From: Candidatus Moraniibacteriota bacterium
Lineage (GTDB): Bacteria; Patescibacteriota; Minisyncoccia; Moranbacterales; UBA1568
Reading direction: 5' to 3'
NCBI GenBank assembly: GCA_018499985.2
Contig: JAHBAT020000005.1
Coordinates: 15,805 to 79,804, forward strand
Length of the DNA: 64,000 nucleotides
In this document: positions 1 through 10,070 of the stretch, one piece after another
Layout of the letters: each line of letters starts with the position of its first letter
Numbering within the stretch: position 1 is the first letter of the stretch
Made by a program: the position numbers and the translations under genes
Notes under the pieces: generated by a model
What the model was told of the DNA's origin: nothing
Seen by the model: only the letters and a program-made list of their open reading frames with translations
Databases searched by the model: none

Positions 1-365
1 TTGGCAGCCTCTAAGATAGGCTTATAGATGTCTGTGTGTCTTTTTTTACGTACACTGCTTTTCTTTGGCAACTCAAAAATCACGTCCTGAATAACATCAA
101 GCTTCCTATTCATCTCTCCGATATAAGAGTATGACTGTGATAAGTCTTTAGAAATAGTATTGGTCTTTTTTTGAAGAGACACCTTTTCTTCACGCACACG
201 GAAAAAAGCTTTCTCCTTACTGACATACAAAAGGAGTCCAAGCGTTCCAAACGCAAAAATAATCAAGGATTCTAAATCATCTTCAGAAAGAAACCATGTA
301 CCATGGCCAATCAGCTCGGGCGTAAGAATAACAAAGATAAAAAGAATGAGGTATATCCAATACAT
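1..365 (-). CDS. hypothetical membrane protein, partial (C-terminus beyond window start)
   Basis: Hand translation of minus strand from ATG 365-363: MYWIYLILFIFVILTPELIGHGTWFLSEDDLESLIIFAFGTLGLLLYVSKEK..., open to position 1. It has two hydrophobic segments. It is absent from the ORF track because there is no stop in the window. Confidence 0.4.
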   Translation of the reverse strand, partial: MYWIYLILFIFVILTPELIGHGTWFLSEDDLESLIIFAFGTLGLLLYVSKEKAFFRVREEKVSLQKKTNTISKDLSQSYSYIGEMNRKLDVIQDVIFELPKKSSVRKKRHTDIYKPILEAA

Positions 366-394
366 GCCTTCCTACGTTATAAATTACCTATTCT

Positions 395-1279
395 CTAAAG
401 CTCCAATTTCTTAAGATAGTCACGAAGCTTTTCTCCCACTTCTGGATGTTTCAAACCAAGAGCGATGGTAGCTTTTACAAAACCAAATTTATCACCACAA
501 TCATGACGTTCTCCTTCAAATTCGTAGCCATACAGCGGCTTATTGTTTCCAATATGCTTAATAAAGGCATCTGCTAAACGCACCTCTCCATCTACACTGC
601 CATCTTGTAAGCTTTCCAAGGTCTCAAGCATATCCCATGTAATCACGTACTTTCCGACTGCAATCAGATTAGAAGGAGCGTCTTCTACCTTAGGTTTCTC
701 TACAAACTGAGTGATCTCGTGTGTACGAGGAGAAAGCTCGGTAGCTTTAACTACTCCAAACTTAGAAACCTCTTCTTTTGGCACCTGAGAAAGTGCTACT
801 ACAGAATCTCCATAACGCTCATACACATCAATCAATTGACGGATAGCGGGCACTTCATCATCTACCAGGTCATCACCGAAAAGTACAGCCACCGCTTCAC
901 CTTCATTTACCAAATGCTTAGCACACAAGATAGCGTGGCCATCCCCCATCGGTACCGGCTGACGCACATAGGAAAATTTTGCGAGACCAGAAATTTTTTG
1001 AACAGTCTCGAGCAAATCATGCTTATTTTTTTCTACAAGTGTATCTTCAAGCTCGTATGAAACGTCAAAGTGATCTTCAATAGCGCGCTTACCTCGACCA
1101 GTCACAAAGATAATCTCTTCAATACCAGAAGCTACCGCCTCTTCTACGAGATACTGGATGACAGGTTTATCAACAACAGAAAGCATTTCTTTTGGCTGTG
1201 CCTTGGTAGCTGGTAAAAATCGTGTACCAAATCCTGCAACTGGGAGAATAGCTTTTTTAATCTTGTGTGGGTTTTCCAT
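395..1279 (-). CDS. galU: UTP--glucose-1-phosphate uridylyltransferase
   Basis: 294 aa. N-terminal AILPVAGFGTRFLPATKAQPKEML nucleotide-binding signature and VEKP motif are typical of GalU. Confidence 0.9.
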   Translation of the reverse strand: MENPHKIKKAILPVAGFGTRFLPATKAQPKEMLSVVDKPVIQYLVEEAVASGIEEIIFVTGRGKRAIEDHFDVSYELEDTLVEKNKHDLLETVQKISGLAKFSYVRQPVPMGDGHAILCAKHLVNEGEAVAVLFGDDLVDDEVPAIRQLIDVYERYGDSVVALSQVPKEEVSKFGVVKATELSPRTHEITQFVEKPKVEDAPSNLIAVGKYVITWDMLETLESLQDGSVDGEVRLADAFIKHIGNNKPLYGYEFEGERHDCGDKFGFVKATIALGLKHPEVGEKLRDYLKKLEL

Positions 1280-1283
1280 AAAA

Positions 1284-2081
1284 TTATTGTTTTAATGCTA
1301 CGTGACGTTTAATTTCCTTGTTATGTTCGAGTATTGCTTCATTGAGTATTGGAGCAAAAGCATCGCCAAGCTTCGCTTCCCGAGCAAACACACTGGCTTC
1401 AAGAAGCGAGTCGTGCGTGCCGGTATCAAACCACGCTCCCTCGAGAATACGGACATCCAATGCATTTTGCTCAAGGTATGCCTTATGGATATCTACGATT
1501 TCTAACTCCCCTCGAGACGAAGGCTTGAGACCCTTGGCTATCTCTGTTGCTCGTCCGTCAAAAATGTAGATACCTGGGATAGCGTAGTCACTCTTGGGTG
1601 AGCTCGGCTTTTCTTCAATAGAAATCACATTTTGTGTTTCTGGATGAAACTCCACCACCCCAAAGCGCTCAGGGTCAGGCACTTTGACTGCAAATACTCG
1701 CCCACCCTTCTCAAAAGAAGTAATAGCCTCCGAAAAATCATCCTGAAAAATATTGTCTCCAAGAATCATTGTGCTTGGTTCGCCATCAAGAAAATCCTCC
1801 GCCAAAAGATACGCATCAGCTAACCCTCGTGGACTACGCTGCACCTTAAAGCTCACATTAATACCATCTCTCTCAAGAAGTGAACCCAGGAGGTTAAGAT
1901 AATTACCAGCATGCTCTGGAGATACAATAATCAAGATATCTTTGATCCCCGCCTTGACCAAGGTATTTAAGGGATAGAAAATCATTGGGCGATCATAAAC
2001 CGGAAGCAACTGCTTGGATGCGATTGCCGTACAAGGTAAGAGTCGGGTGCCGGTACCTCCGGCAAGAATAATGCCTTTCAT
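1284..2081 (-). CDS. rfbA: glucose-1-phosphate thymidylyltransferase (short RmlA type)
   Basis: MKGIILAGGTGTRLLPCT...SKQLLPVYDRPMIFYPL and LGDNIF match the RmlA family. It is clustered with rfbB/C/D. Confidence 0.8.
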   Translation of the reverse strand: MKGIILAGGTGTRLLPCTAIASKQLLPVYDRPMIFYPLNTLVKAGIKDILIIVSPEHAGNYLNLLGSLLERDGINVSFKVQRSPRGLADAYLLAEDFLDGEPSTMILGDNIFQDDFSEAITSFEKGGRVFAVKVPDPERFGVVEFHPETQNVISIEEKPSSPKSDYAIPGIYIFDGRATEIAKGLKPSSRGELEIVDIHKAYLEQNALDVRILEGAWFDTGTHDSLLEASVFAREAKLGDAFAPILNEAILEHNKEIKRHVALKQ

Positions 2082-2086
2082 AAATT

Positions 2087-3334
2087 TTAGATAAACTGTT
2101 TAGGAACTGGGAATTTTTTACAAAGCCTGACCACTTCTTTATGAAGAGCTTCGTGGAACTTGCTATCATCAGTACTCATTGCCTGATGCATCCACAAAGC
2201 AATCTGCTTTACTTCTGCTTCTTTCATACCACGTGTTGTAAGCGCTGGCACTCCCACTCGAATACCACTTGGATCCATCGGTCCACGAGGATCATCTGGT
2301 ATAACATTTTTATTAACCGTAATACCAATGGCATCTAAGCGCTCCTCTGCTGTTCTTCCAGAAATACCGTACGTCTCTACAGCATTGAGTACAAGCATAT
2401 GATTTTCAGTTCCCCCAAAAAGAATTTTTCCTCCATGTTTTACGAAGGACTTTTCTAGCGTCTTTGCATTTTTGAGTATCTGCTTGCCATACTTTTTGAA
2501 ATCTGGATGAAGCGCTTCTCCAAAAGCAACAGCCTTGGCCGCGATGTTGTTCATATGAGGTCCACCCTGGAGCCCAGGAAATATAGCCTTATCTATAGCC
2601 TTGGCAAATTCTTTTTTACAAAGAATCATACCCCCTCGCGGACCACGAAGCGACTTATGCGTAGTAAGAGTCACTACATCAAAATACGGTACCGGGTTAG
2701 GTACCACTTTAGCAGCCACTAGGCCAGCTATATGAGCCATATCCATCATACTTCTAGCACCTACCGTCTTAGCTATAGCAGCAAACTTTGCATAATCAAG
2801 AGTACGTGTATAAGAGGAGAAACCAGCTAGGATCAGTTTTGGTTTTTCTTTCTTAGCAATTTTGAGAAGCTTCTCATAATCAATACTGCCGTCTGGCTCA
2901 GTCTTATAGCTAACAAAGCGATAGACCTTAGTCATAACCGTGGCTGGATGACCATGTGTCAGGTGCCCGCCATGAGAAAGGTCCATTCCCAAGATGCAAT
3001 CTCCTGGCTCAAGAAGAGCTGCATAAGCAGCAATATTGGCAGGAGCGCCAGAAAGTGGCTGGACATTGGCATGCTCAGCTCCAAAAATCTTCTTTGCGCG
3101 TTCGATGGCCAGCGATTCTATGATATCTGTATAAGTCTGACCACCATAATAACGCTTTCCTGGATATCCTTCGGAATACTTATTGGTAAAAACACTACCA
3201 AGAGCCTCATGCACTGCCTCTGAGACATAGTTTTCAGAAGCAATCATTTCTAGTCCCTCTTTCTCGCGCTTTTCTTCTCCCAAGAGAGCTTGATAAATTT
3301 CTGGATCTTGTTTTTGTAAAAATGGTTTTTTCAT
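2087..3334 (-). CDS. glyA: serine hydroxymethyltransferase
   Basis: 415 aa with SENYVS, GGHLTHGH and the TTHKSLRGPRGG PLP-lysine motif. Confidence 0.95.
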   Translation of the reverse strand: MKKPFLQKQDPEIYQALLGEEKREKEGLEMIASENYVSEAVHEALGSVFTNKYSEGYPGKRYYGGQTYTDIIESLAIERAKKIFGAEHANVQPLSGAPANIAAYAALLEPGDCILGMDLSHGGHLTHGHPATVMTKVYRFVSYKTEPDGSIDYEKLLKIAKKEKPKLILAGFSSYTRTLDYAKFAAIAKTVGARSMMDMAHIAGLVAAKVVPNPVPYFDVVTLTTHKSLRGPRGGMILCKKEFAKAIDKAIFPGLQGGPHMNNIAAKAVAFGEALHPDFKKYGKQILKNAKTLEKSFVKHGGKILFGGTENHMLVLNAVETYGISGRTAEERLDAIGITVNKNVIPDDPRGPMDPSGIRVGVPALTTRGMKEAEVKQIALWMHQAMSTDDSKFHEALHKEVVRLCKKFPVPKQFI

Positions 3335-3344
3335 AGCCGCTCGA

Positions 3345-4277
3345 TTATTTTTTATCCGATAGATATTCTGCCAAAGCTACTTCATACCTACGAAGCGGCG
3401 GACGCTTACTGTTGATAAGTGCCGAATACACAGGGCGCTTAGCAGGACGCGGAAACGCCTCTGGAGTCACTGAAATCACCCTTGTCTCCAGCCCAGCTTG
3501 ACGATACAACTCAAGTACTGCCTCATACCAAGTCACAGCGCCAGTATTTGGCAAATGATAGACTCCCCACTGGTCGCCATCTTCGAGTAAATCTTTAGTC
3601 GCCATAGCGAGATCTGGAGCATAGGTAAAGCAGCTTTTTTCACTATCAACCACCTGCACTTCTGGCTTATTTTTTCCAGCCTCAAGCATAACATCAAAAA
3701 AGCTTCGCTTACCATCTGGCGAGCTGGCTGGATTTCCAAAAAGCTTAGAGAGTCGAATAATATAGTACTTATGAGCATTCATCATCACCTCTTGTTCACC
3801 AAGCATCTTGGACTCTCCGTAGCGTGAGACTGGATTTGGAAAAGCGCCTTCACCATAGCCCTTCTCCCCTCCACCATGACACCCTCCACCACAACATGAA
3901 CTATTGCCACAGCCACCTTCTTTTTTCTCATCTATATCACCCGGAAAGACATAGTCTGTGGAGTACTGCACAAGTACAGCATCTATATCATTGGCAATAA
4001 TTGCGAGTTCTCCGGGAAGGTCACGATTTAAGAGTAGTGCTTTTTGATACTGGTCATCATCTTCCTCTGCCAAATCTACAGCATTATAAGCTACACAATT
4101 GAGGATAATGTGCGGCTTTATATCAACAAGTTTTTCTCGTAGCTGAGTAAAATCAGTAACATCTACATCCTCTTTATCCCATGCTACTACTTCATAATTT
4201 GGATCATGTCGGAACAAATCAGTAAGCGCCTGACCAAGCATGCCTAAGCCCCCTAGAACTACTACTTTTTGTGCCAT
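3345..4277 (-). CDS. rfbD: dTDP-4-dehydrorhamnose reductase with Cys/Gly-rich insertion
   Basis: Rossmann VLGGLGMLGQAL, YSTDYVF and YGESK catalytic motif. An extra segment, EGGCGNSSCCGGGCHGGGEKGYGEG, lies between them. Confidence 0.8.
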   Translation of the reverse strand: MAQKVVVLGGLGMLGQALTDLFRHDPNYEVVAWDKEDVDVTDFTQLREKLVDIKPHIILNCVAYNAVDLAEEDDDQYQKALLLNRDLPGELAIIANDIDAVLVQYSTDYVFPGDIDEKKEGGCGNSSCCGGGCHGGGEKGYGEGAFPNPVSRYGESKMLGEQEVMMNAHKYYIIRLSKLFGNPASSPDGKRSFFDVMLEAGKNKPEVQVVDSEKSCFTYAPDLAMATKDLLEDGDQWGVYHLPNTGAVTWYEAVLELYRQAGLETRVISVTPEAFPRPAKRPVYSALINSKRPPLRRYEVALAEYLSDKK

Positions 4278-4305
4278 ATGTATTCATTAAAAGGCTAACC
4301 TATGC

Positions 4306-4314
4306 ATTATACCA
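4306..4314 (-). promoter_or_regulatory. extended -10 promoter candidate for rfbD
   Basis: Minus strand TGgTATAAT, about 30 nt upstream of the rfbD ATG and just downstream of the rfbB terminator. Confidence 0.35.
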
Positions 4315-4325
4315 GATAGACCCCA

Positions 4326-4358
4326 AACAAAAAATCCTCCACATATCTGCAGAGGATT
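4326..4358 (-). terminator. intrinsic terminator after rfbB
   Basis: AATCCTC (4333-4339) pairs with GAGGATT (4352-4358). On the minus strand it is followed by TTTTTGTTT. Confidence 0.5.
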
Positions 4359-4366
4359 CACTGTAT

Positions 4367-5383
4367 TTAGCGCTTAATATACTGATTTTCGTAGTATTCC
4401 TGATAACTTCCGTCTTTGACCGCTTGCCACCAACCTTTGTTTTCTTGAAACCAGGCAATGGTTTCCTTGAGCCCTTCTTCGAGAGCTATTTCCGGCTTCC
4501 AACCAAGCTCACGAGTAATTTTGTCATGATTGATAGCATAACGCCTATCATGTCCTGCTCTGTCTTTGACATATTCCAATCTTTCTTCACCAAGCCCCAT
4601 CTCCTTGAGAATATTCTTGACTATCCAGATATTTTCTCGCTCACCATCGCCACCTACACAGTACGTCTCGCCGATATGGCCATTATGAATAATCATATCG
4701 ATAGCTCGACAATGATCTTTGACATGAAGCCAGTCACGCACCTGGCGACCATCGCCGTACACTGGTATATTCTTACCTTCGATAAGATTTGTGATAGCAA
4801 GTGGAATCAATTTCTCTGGGAAGTGATATGGCCCGTAATTATTTGAGCAATTAGAAATTGTAATCGGAAGGTTGTAGGTATGAAAATATGCCTCTACCAA
4901 ATGATCACTTGCCGCCTTGGAAGCACTGTACGGACTACGTGGATCGTATGGAGTATGTTCATTGAATGGTTCGTCGTGTGGTCCAAGCGCACCAAATACT
5001 TCATCGGTAGAAACATGATGAAAACGTTTATTATACTTGCGAGCCGCCTCTAGAAGTACTTGGGTTCCCAAGACATTAGTCTTAATAAAAATACTCGGTT
5101 CAAGAATAGAACGATCCACATGACTTTCGGCAGCAAAATGCACTACGATATCACACTCCACTACTAGTTCATCCACAAGCGAAGCATCAGTGATATCTCC
5201 CTTTACAAATCGATAGCGTGACTCATGTTCAAATTTTTTGAGACTTTCAAGATTCCCTGCGTAAGTCAGGGCATCTAGCACAACAACTTCATACTCTGGA
5301 TACGTGTCGAGAATATGATGGACAAAGTTTGAACCGATAAACCCGGCTCCACCGGTAACAAGTAGTTTCATATTATTCTGCAT
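4367..5383 (-). CDS. rfbB: dTDP-glucose 4,6-dehydratase
   Basis: LVTGGAGFIGSNF Rossmann motif and YSASKAASDH catalytic YxxxK. An alternative start ATG at 5371 (MKLLVTGG) is equally plausible. Confidence 0.95.
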   Translation of the reverse strand: MQNNMKLLVTGGAGFIGSNFVHHILDTYPEYEVVVLDALTYAGNLESLKKFEHESRYRFVKGDITDASLVDELVVECDIVVHFAAESHVDRSILEPSIFIKTNVLGTQVLLEAARKYNKRFHHVSTDEVFGALGPHDEPFNEHTPYDPRSPYSASKAASDHLVEAYFHTYNLPITISNCSNNYGPYHFPEKLIPLAITNLIEGKNIPVYGDGRQVRDWLHVKDHCRAIDMIIHNGHIGETYCVGGDGERENIWIVKNILKEMGLGEERLEYVKDRAGHDRRYAINHDKITRELGWKPEIALEEGLKETIAWFQENKGWWQAVKDGSYQEYYENQYIKR

Positions 5384-5930
5384 ATATAAATTCTTCTGTA
5401 ATATCTTTAAGCATTGGCTGATTCTGATCTTTTTCTGAGATGGTAAGCTCTCCTACTTCCGGCCATTCGATACCAATAGCTGGATCATCATACTTCACTC
5501 CTCGATCATGCTCTGGCGAGTAGACATTGGTACACTTGTACGCAAATACCGTATCATCCTCAAGTGTTACAAAGCCATGTGCAAAGCCTGCCGGTATCCA
5601 AAACTGTTTCTTATTTTCTGCTGTTAGTTCCACCGCGACATACTGCCCAAAAGTCGGCGAACCAAAACGAATATCTACCGCCACATCAAGAACTGCTCCC
5701 GAAAGCACTGTGACGAGTTTCCCCTGATCAAAAGGTGGGGCCTGATAATGAAGTCCGCGAAGTACTCCTTTTTTTGACTTTGAAAGATTATCCTGTACAA
5801 AATCTCCACTAATACCCATTTCCTTATAGCGCGGCTCATTGTAGGTCTCCACAAAAAACCCTCGTTCATCCCCAAAAACTTTTGGTTCAATAATAAGGAG
5901 TCCTGGGATTTTTGTCTCAATGACATTCAT
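5373..5930 (-). CDS. rfbC: dTDP-4-dehydrorhamnose 3,5-epimerase
   Basis: 185 aa cupin with FGDERGFF, RGLHYQ and AGFAHGF motifs. Confidence 0.95.
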   Translation of the reverse strand: MNVIETKIPGLLIIEPKVFGDERGFFVETYNEPRYKEMGISGDFVQDNLSKSKKGVLRGLHYQAPPFDQGKLVTVLSGAVLDVAVDIRFGSPTFGQYVAVELTAENKKQFWIPAGFAHGFVTLEDDTVFAYKCTNVYSPEHDRGVKYDDPAIGIEWPEVGELTISEKDQNQPMLKDITEEFIYAE

Positions 5931-5977
5931 AATGTTTATTCATAATATCCCTAGGATACCATACCTATTTTTATAAA

Positions 5978-6005
5978 TAAAACCACCTCAGATGAGGTGG
6001 TTTTA
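5978..6005 (-). terminator. hairpin terminator after the KH-domain gene
   Basis: ACCACCTC (5982-5989), loop AGAT, GAGGTGGT (5994-6001). T/A-rich flanks on both sides. Confidence 0.5.
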
Positions 6006-6024
6006 GGCTTTATATAAGCTAGAT

Positions 6025-6411
6025 CTAGATATTAATATCATTCATGACATCATCGAGACTGCGCTTCTCGGCTGGAGCCTCTGGTTCACGAGGTGGAATA
6101 TCATTTACAGTACCACGGTCCTGTGATTCACGTGGCTCGCGAGGTGGACGCATACTACCTTCTGGTTCGTTGATCTTCAAATTGACACGAGCATTATTGC
6201 GAGCACCAATGACACGAAGGAGAGTACGGAGGGCCTTGGCAGTCATACCTTCACGACCAATGACCATACCCATGTCGCTTGGATCTACATCGAGCGTAAT
6301 AAGCACTCCCATTTCATCAATCTTACGTTCTACCTTCACGGCTTCTGGTTTGTCTACTAACATCTTGACAACGTATTCTACAAACTCTCTGTCTTTTTCA
6401 TTTTCAGTCAT
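6025..6411 (-). CDS. KH-domain RNA-binding protein (YlqC/UPF0109-like) with Pro/Glu-rich tail
   Basis: VIGREGMTAKALRTLL contains the KH GxxG motif. The C-terminal about 45 aa is low complexity with PPREP twice. Confidence 0.7.
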   Translation of the reverse strand: MTENEKDREFVEYVVKMLVDKPEAVKVERKIDEMGVLITLDVDPSDMGMVIGREGMTAKALRTLLRVIGARNNARVNLKINEPEGSMRPPREPRESQDRGTVNDIPPREPEAPAEKRSLDDVMNDINI

Positions 6412-6507
6412 ACGACTTATTCTTAGAATTACACTGCTTATAAGTAAAGAGCAACGCTCTTACATACCTATCATACCAAATAATGTATATTGCCGGCAAT
6501 ACTATAT

Positions 6508-7821
6508 TTATACACCCCACTCGGCTGGTGGCGTAAACGGTATTTTTTTCCAAGTAGGGCTCTGACGACAAAGAAGAATTTCTGCCTGCTCTGGCTGTGC
6601 AAGCAAAGCCTCTACAATAAATTCCATACGCACTCCCTGAGAACCCTTTACGAGAATTAAATCATGCGGATGAAGTGTCTCGGACAAAACTTCCAGCACT
6701 CCCCATGGATCAGTGTACCAACTGACTTGTTTGTCCTGATACCCACTACTCAAAAGAGCTTCCTGTAATGCCTGCATATGCTTACCCACAAGTAAAACTC
6801 TCGTGACATTGGCTTGTCGTAAATCATCCACTAGTCGAGCATGCTCGAGGTCACTCTCTTCCCCAAGCTCAAGCATATCTCCCAAGATAGCCACCTTACG
6901 CGGTGCCTGCATATATGAGAGCGTTTCTATAGCAGCTCGCGTAGAAGTAGGCGAAGCATTGTATGTATCATCGATTATTTGGGTTCCCTGGATACCTGGA
7001 AACATATTCATACGTCCCGGCAAAGACTTTAGTCCTTCCAGAGCTTGGGCTATCTCTACTAAATTCATCTTCATGGCCACCCCCACGCCCACAGCTGCCA
7101 GTGCCGATGAGATAAGGTGTTTTGCAAGAATATAAGGCAAACGCACAGGCACAGACTTCCCTTTGTAATTAAGCTTGAAACTATATCCCTCTACGTGACC
7201 CGCATCGCCATGAAACAACAAGTTATCTACTCGAATATCTGCACCCTCTGAAAATCCATAGGTAATAACATGTGCACCTGTCATCTCTTTCATCTTAAGG
7301 GTCTCTCCATTATCGGCATTCAAAATAGCAAAACCAGTCACCGGTAACGACTTGATAAGCTTACGTTTTTCTCGAGCGACATTTGCAATACTTCCAAATT
7401 GAGCCAGATGACTTCCTGAAACATGTGTAGCGACACCGATACTTACTGGCACAAAGGTAAGTAGGTAATCCATATCTCCCTTGGTATCAATACCCATCTC
7501 CAAAACAAGTATTTCTGGATAGCGATACGGTAAGAATAAGAGTCTCAGCCAATACGTAATTATTTTAAGCCATGCCCAAAGAGATCTCCCGCCTGTTTTA
7601 CAACCAAGGATGGTCAGCGGTAGCCCAATTTCATTATTATAATTACCTTCATTTTTACGCACTCGATACTGCGAAGAAAGGACCAGGGCGATAGCTTCTT
7701 TGGTGGAGCTCTTCCCTACCGATCCAGTAATACCTATCACTTGCGGCTTATACTTCCAAAGTACTGTCCTCGCCATGAAGCGAAGCATGCTTTCTAAAAG
7801 TGATACAGGAAATGATTTCAT
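6508..7821 (-). CDS. murF: UDP-N-acetylmuramoyl-tripeptide--D-alanyl-D-alanine ligase
   Basis: GITGSVGKSSTKE P-loop and DDTYNASP Mur-ligase motif. It is adjacent to ftsI. Confidence 0.9.
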   Translation of the reverse strand: MKSFPVSLLESMLRFMARTVLWKYKPQVIGITGSVGKSSTKEAIALVLSSQYRVRKNEGNYNNEIGLPLTILGCKTGGRSLWAWLKIITYWLRLLFLPYRYPEILVLEMGIDTKGDMDYLLTFVPVSIGVATHVSGSHLAQFGSIANVAREKRKLIKSLPVTGFAILNADNGETLKMKEMTGAHVITYGFSEGADIRVDNLLFHGDAGHVEGYSFKLNYKGKSVPVRLPYILAKHLISSALAAVGVGVAMKMNLVEIAQALEGLKSLPGRMNMFPGIQGTQIIDDTYNASPTSTRAAIETLSYMQAPRKVAILGDMLELGEESDLEHARLVDDLRQANVTRVLLVGKHMQALQEALLSSGYQDKQVSWYTDPWGVLEVLSETLHPHDLILVKGSQGVRMEFIVEALLAQPEQAEILLCRQSPTWKKIPFTPPAEWGV

Positions 7822-7829
7822 ATGCTGAG

Positions 7830-9611
7830 TTATTTCTTAGCGGGTATTTCTTCCGTAGGTGGTATTTTGGCATATTCTAAAAGAAAATGCATTATTTCTC
7901 CAAAAGCTGGCGCTGCACTTGATTCGGCCCATTCAACATTTTTTGGATTATCGAGCTTTACCAATACTACAAACTGTGGGTCCTGTATAGGCGCATAACC
8001 AACAAAAGATCCTATGGTCAAACCATCTTCATACCCCTTAGAACCGCTCTTAGCGACCTGAGCCGTACCCGTCTTCCCTCCCACCAAGTACCCTGGGACA
8101 TCCGCTCTTTTACCATGACCTTTGGTCACTACCGTACGAAGCATCTTACCTATATCTTCACTCGCCTTTTCTCCCAACACCTGCCGCACTTTTTCCGGTT
8201 GACGTTCTTCGACACGTCCATCCGCATGTTCTATCCGACTAATAATCTGCGGCTTCATCATTACTCCGCGATTTGCCATGGCGCCGTACGCCTGCACCAT
8301 TTGTATTGGAGTAGTCGTAATACCCTGACCAAAAGAGGCTGTGTAAAATTGAATATCTTGCTGTGTACGTTCAAGAGCCCTAATATCACCAGGTAATTCT
8401 GCTGGCAGCTCTACTCCCGTTTTTTCTCCAAAACCAAAACGCTTCATATAATCACGAAAAGCCTCATTGCCCACCTGACGCTCTACATAGATAACACCCG
8501 TGTTGATAGATTCTTCAAGTACTTTATACATAGAACTCTGTCCATAGGTTTTATCCTCAGCATTGCGGATATCAAAACCGCCGATAGAGATGACGCCGGG
8601 ATCACTAAACTCTGAATCTGGCGTTACCTTGCCTTCTTCAAGACCGATAGCCATGGTAATTGGCTTCATAATAGATCCTGGCTCATACGCAAGAGAGAGC
8701 GTCGTATTCAAAAAGTCAGCATAGTTTTCTACCTCTCGGTACTTATTGGGATCAAACTGTGGCGATGAGGCCATAGCCAAAATCCTCCCTGTTTTTGGGT
8801 CCATGACTATGGCACTCGCACGATCAGAAGCATATTTCTCGACAGCATCATGCATGATTTTCTCAGTTTCAAACTGTATATTTCGATCGAGTGTTAGATA
8901 AATATTGGCACCATGAAGAGCATCTGTTACTTTGCGATCCGTAAGAGGAAGCCAACGACCAGCAGCGTCTTTTTCTTGCTGTAAGTTACCCGAAGAACCA
9001 AGAAGCAACTTATTCATAGATGCCTCTATACCGTAGCCTCCTACCTTGCCGTTATCCTGAAGACTCGCAAATCCAATAACATGCGAAGCTAATTCTCCAG
9101 CTGGATAATAACGATACTTCTCCGGAAGAAACTTTACTCCTGCTAATTTCAACTCAGTTATTTGAGCGCGCTCATGATCATTGATACGTTTTTTGACAAT
9201 TTCAAAAGGGTCCTCACGATTACGCATTTTATATATCAAAAGCTCTCGATCCACCTGAAGGATTCGTGAGAGTTCTGAAGCTACTCTTTCTGGATCGGTC
9301 ACTTCCTTTGGGACAAGGTACACTGTAGGGATTTCTCTATTTACTGCCAATGGATATGGCTGACCACCATCATCTATAAACACCTCACCCCGATCAGCCG
9401 TAATTTCTATTTCGGCACCATGGAGATCTTGTGCCATAGCGACCCACTTATCATGAGTAGCTACTTGCAAAAAGAAGAGACGAAAAAAAATAAGTCCTCC
9501 GCCAATCAGAAAAAAGGTGCGCAGGACTAATACTCTCGTACGGGAATCGTAGGATGCAGCTGAGCTTGTTCTTTTGGGTCCTGGACTAGGACTTGTTCGA
9601 CATTTACGCAT
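7830..9611 (-). CDS. ftsI: penicillin-binding protein 2/3-type transpeptidase
   Basis: N-terminal TM, SIMK (SxxK), SIN (SxN) and KTGTA motifs. dcw cluster position. Confidence 0.9.
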   Translation of the reverse strand: MRKCRTSPSPGPKRTSSAASYDSRTRVLVLRTFFLIGGGLIFFRLFFLQVATHDKWVAMAQDLHGAEIEITADRGEVFIDDGGQPYPLAVNREIPTVYLVPKEVTDPERVASELSRILQVDRELLIYKMRNREDPFEIVKKRINDHERAQITELKLAGVKFLPEKYRYYPAGELASHVIGFASLQDNGKVGGYGIEASMNKLLLGSSGNLQQEKDAAGRWLPLTDRKVTDALHGANIYLTLDRNIQFETEKIMHDAVEKYASDRASAIVMDPKTGRILAMASSPQFDPNKYREVENYADFLNTTLSLAYEPGSIMKPITMAIGLEEGKVTPDSEFSDPGVISIGGFDIRNAEDKTYGQSSMYKVLEESINTGVIYVERQVGNEAFRDYMKRFGFGEKTGVELPAELPGDIRALERTQQDIQFYTASFGQGITTTPIQMVQAYGAMANRGVMMKPQIISRIEHADGRVEERQPEKVRQVLGEKASEDIGKMLRTVVTKGHGKRADVPGYLVGGKTGTAQVAKSGSKGYEDGLTIGSFVGYAPIQDPQFVVLVKLDNPKNVEWAESSAAPAFGEIMHFLLEYAKIPPTEEIPAKK

Positions 9612-9639
9612 ACCCGGAATTCATTTTTTACCTCTATAC

Positions 9640-9996
9640 TTAACGAAAAGCGACCGTATCTTTGGTTTCTAAATATTTAAGTGATTCTGCTTTTTCCATC
9701 TGTAGCTCATCTTTAGACTCATTGATCCTGTAGAACGAGCGCATATCTGCTTCCGAAATCTTGAGCTCTGTATTTTCTTCAGAAAGTTTGGCAATTTCTT
9801 TTTCAAGGGCACGCAAGTGATACCCCTGGGTAGCATTGCGATTCACCGAATACAGATACCCTCCTGCTGAAAGAAAAAGGGTCAAAAGCACTCCCAGAGC
9901 CATTGCTTGACTAGAGCCTTTTAGTCCGCTTTTCTGATTCCCCTTTGTATAGGAAATTGTTTCGCGACTCTTCGGTTTTGGCACCCTTCCTGCCAT
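9640..9996 (-). CDS. ftsL: FtsL/DivIC-like cell division protein
   Basis: 118 aa with a single TM (ALGVLLTLFLSAGGYLY) followed by a coiled-coil segment. It sits between rsmH and ftsI as in dcw clusters. Confidence 0.55.
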   Translation of the reverse strand: MAGRVPKPKSRETISYTKGNQKSGLKGSSQAMALGVLLTLFLSAGGYLYSVNRNATQGYHLRALEKEIAKLSEENTELKISEADMRSFYRINESKDELQMEKAESLKYLETKDTVAFR

Positions 9997-10070
9997 ATAT
10001 TTTTGTTTTATTTTTGCTTTTTTCTAGACCTTACTCACTCTTTTTTTGACCCTGAAAGAAACAATTGAGA

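Noticed and set aside
6070-6170. PPREP repeat region in the KH-protein tail as a distinct feature
   Set aside because: It is only two short copies within a low-complexity disordered tail, probably of no independent significance.
4271-6565. Long plus-strand ORFs 4271-4846 and 6044-6565
   Set aside because: They are antisense to rfbB and to the KH-protein gene. Their products have no plausible composition.
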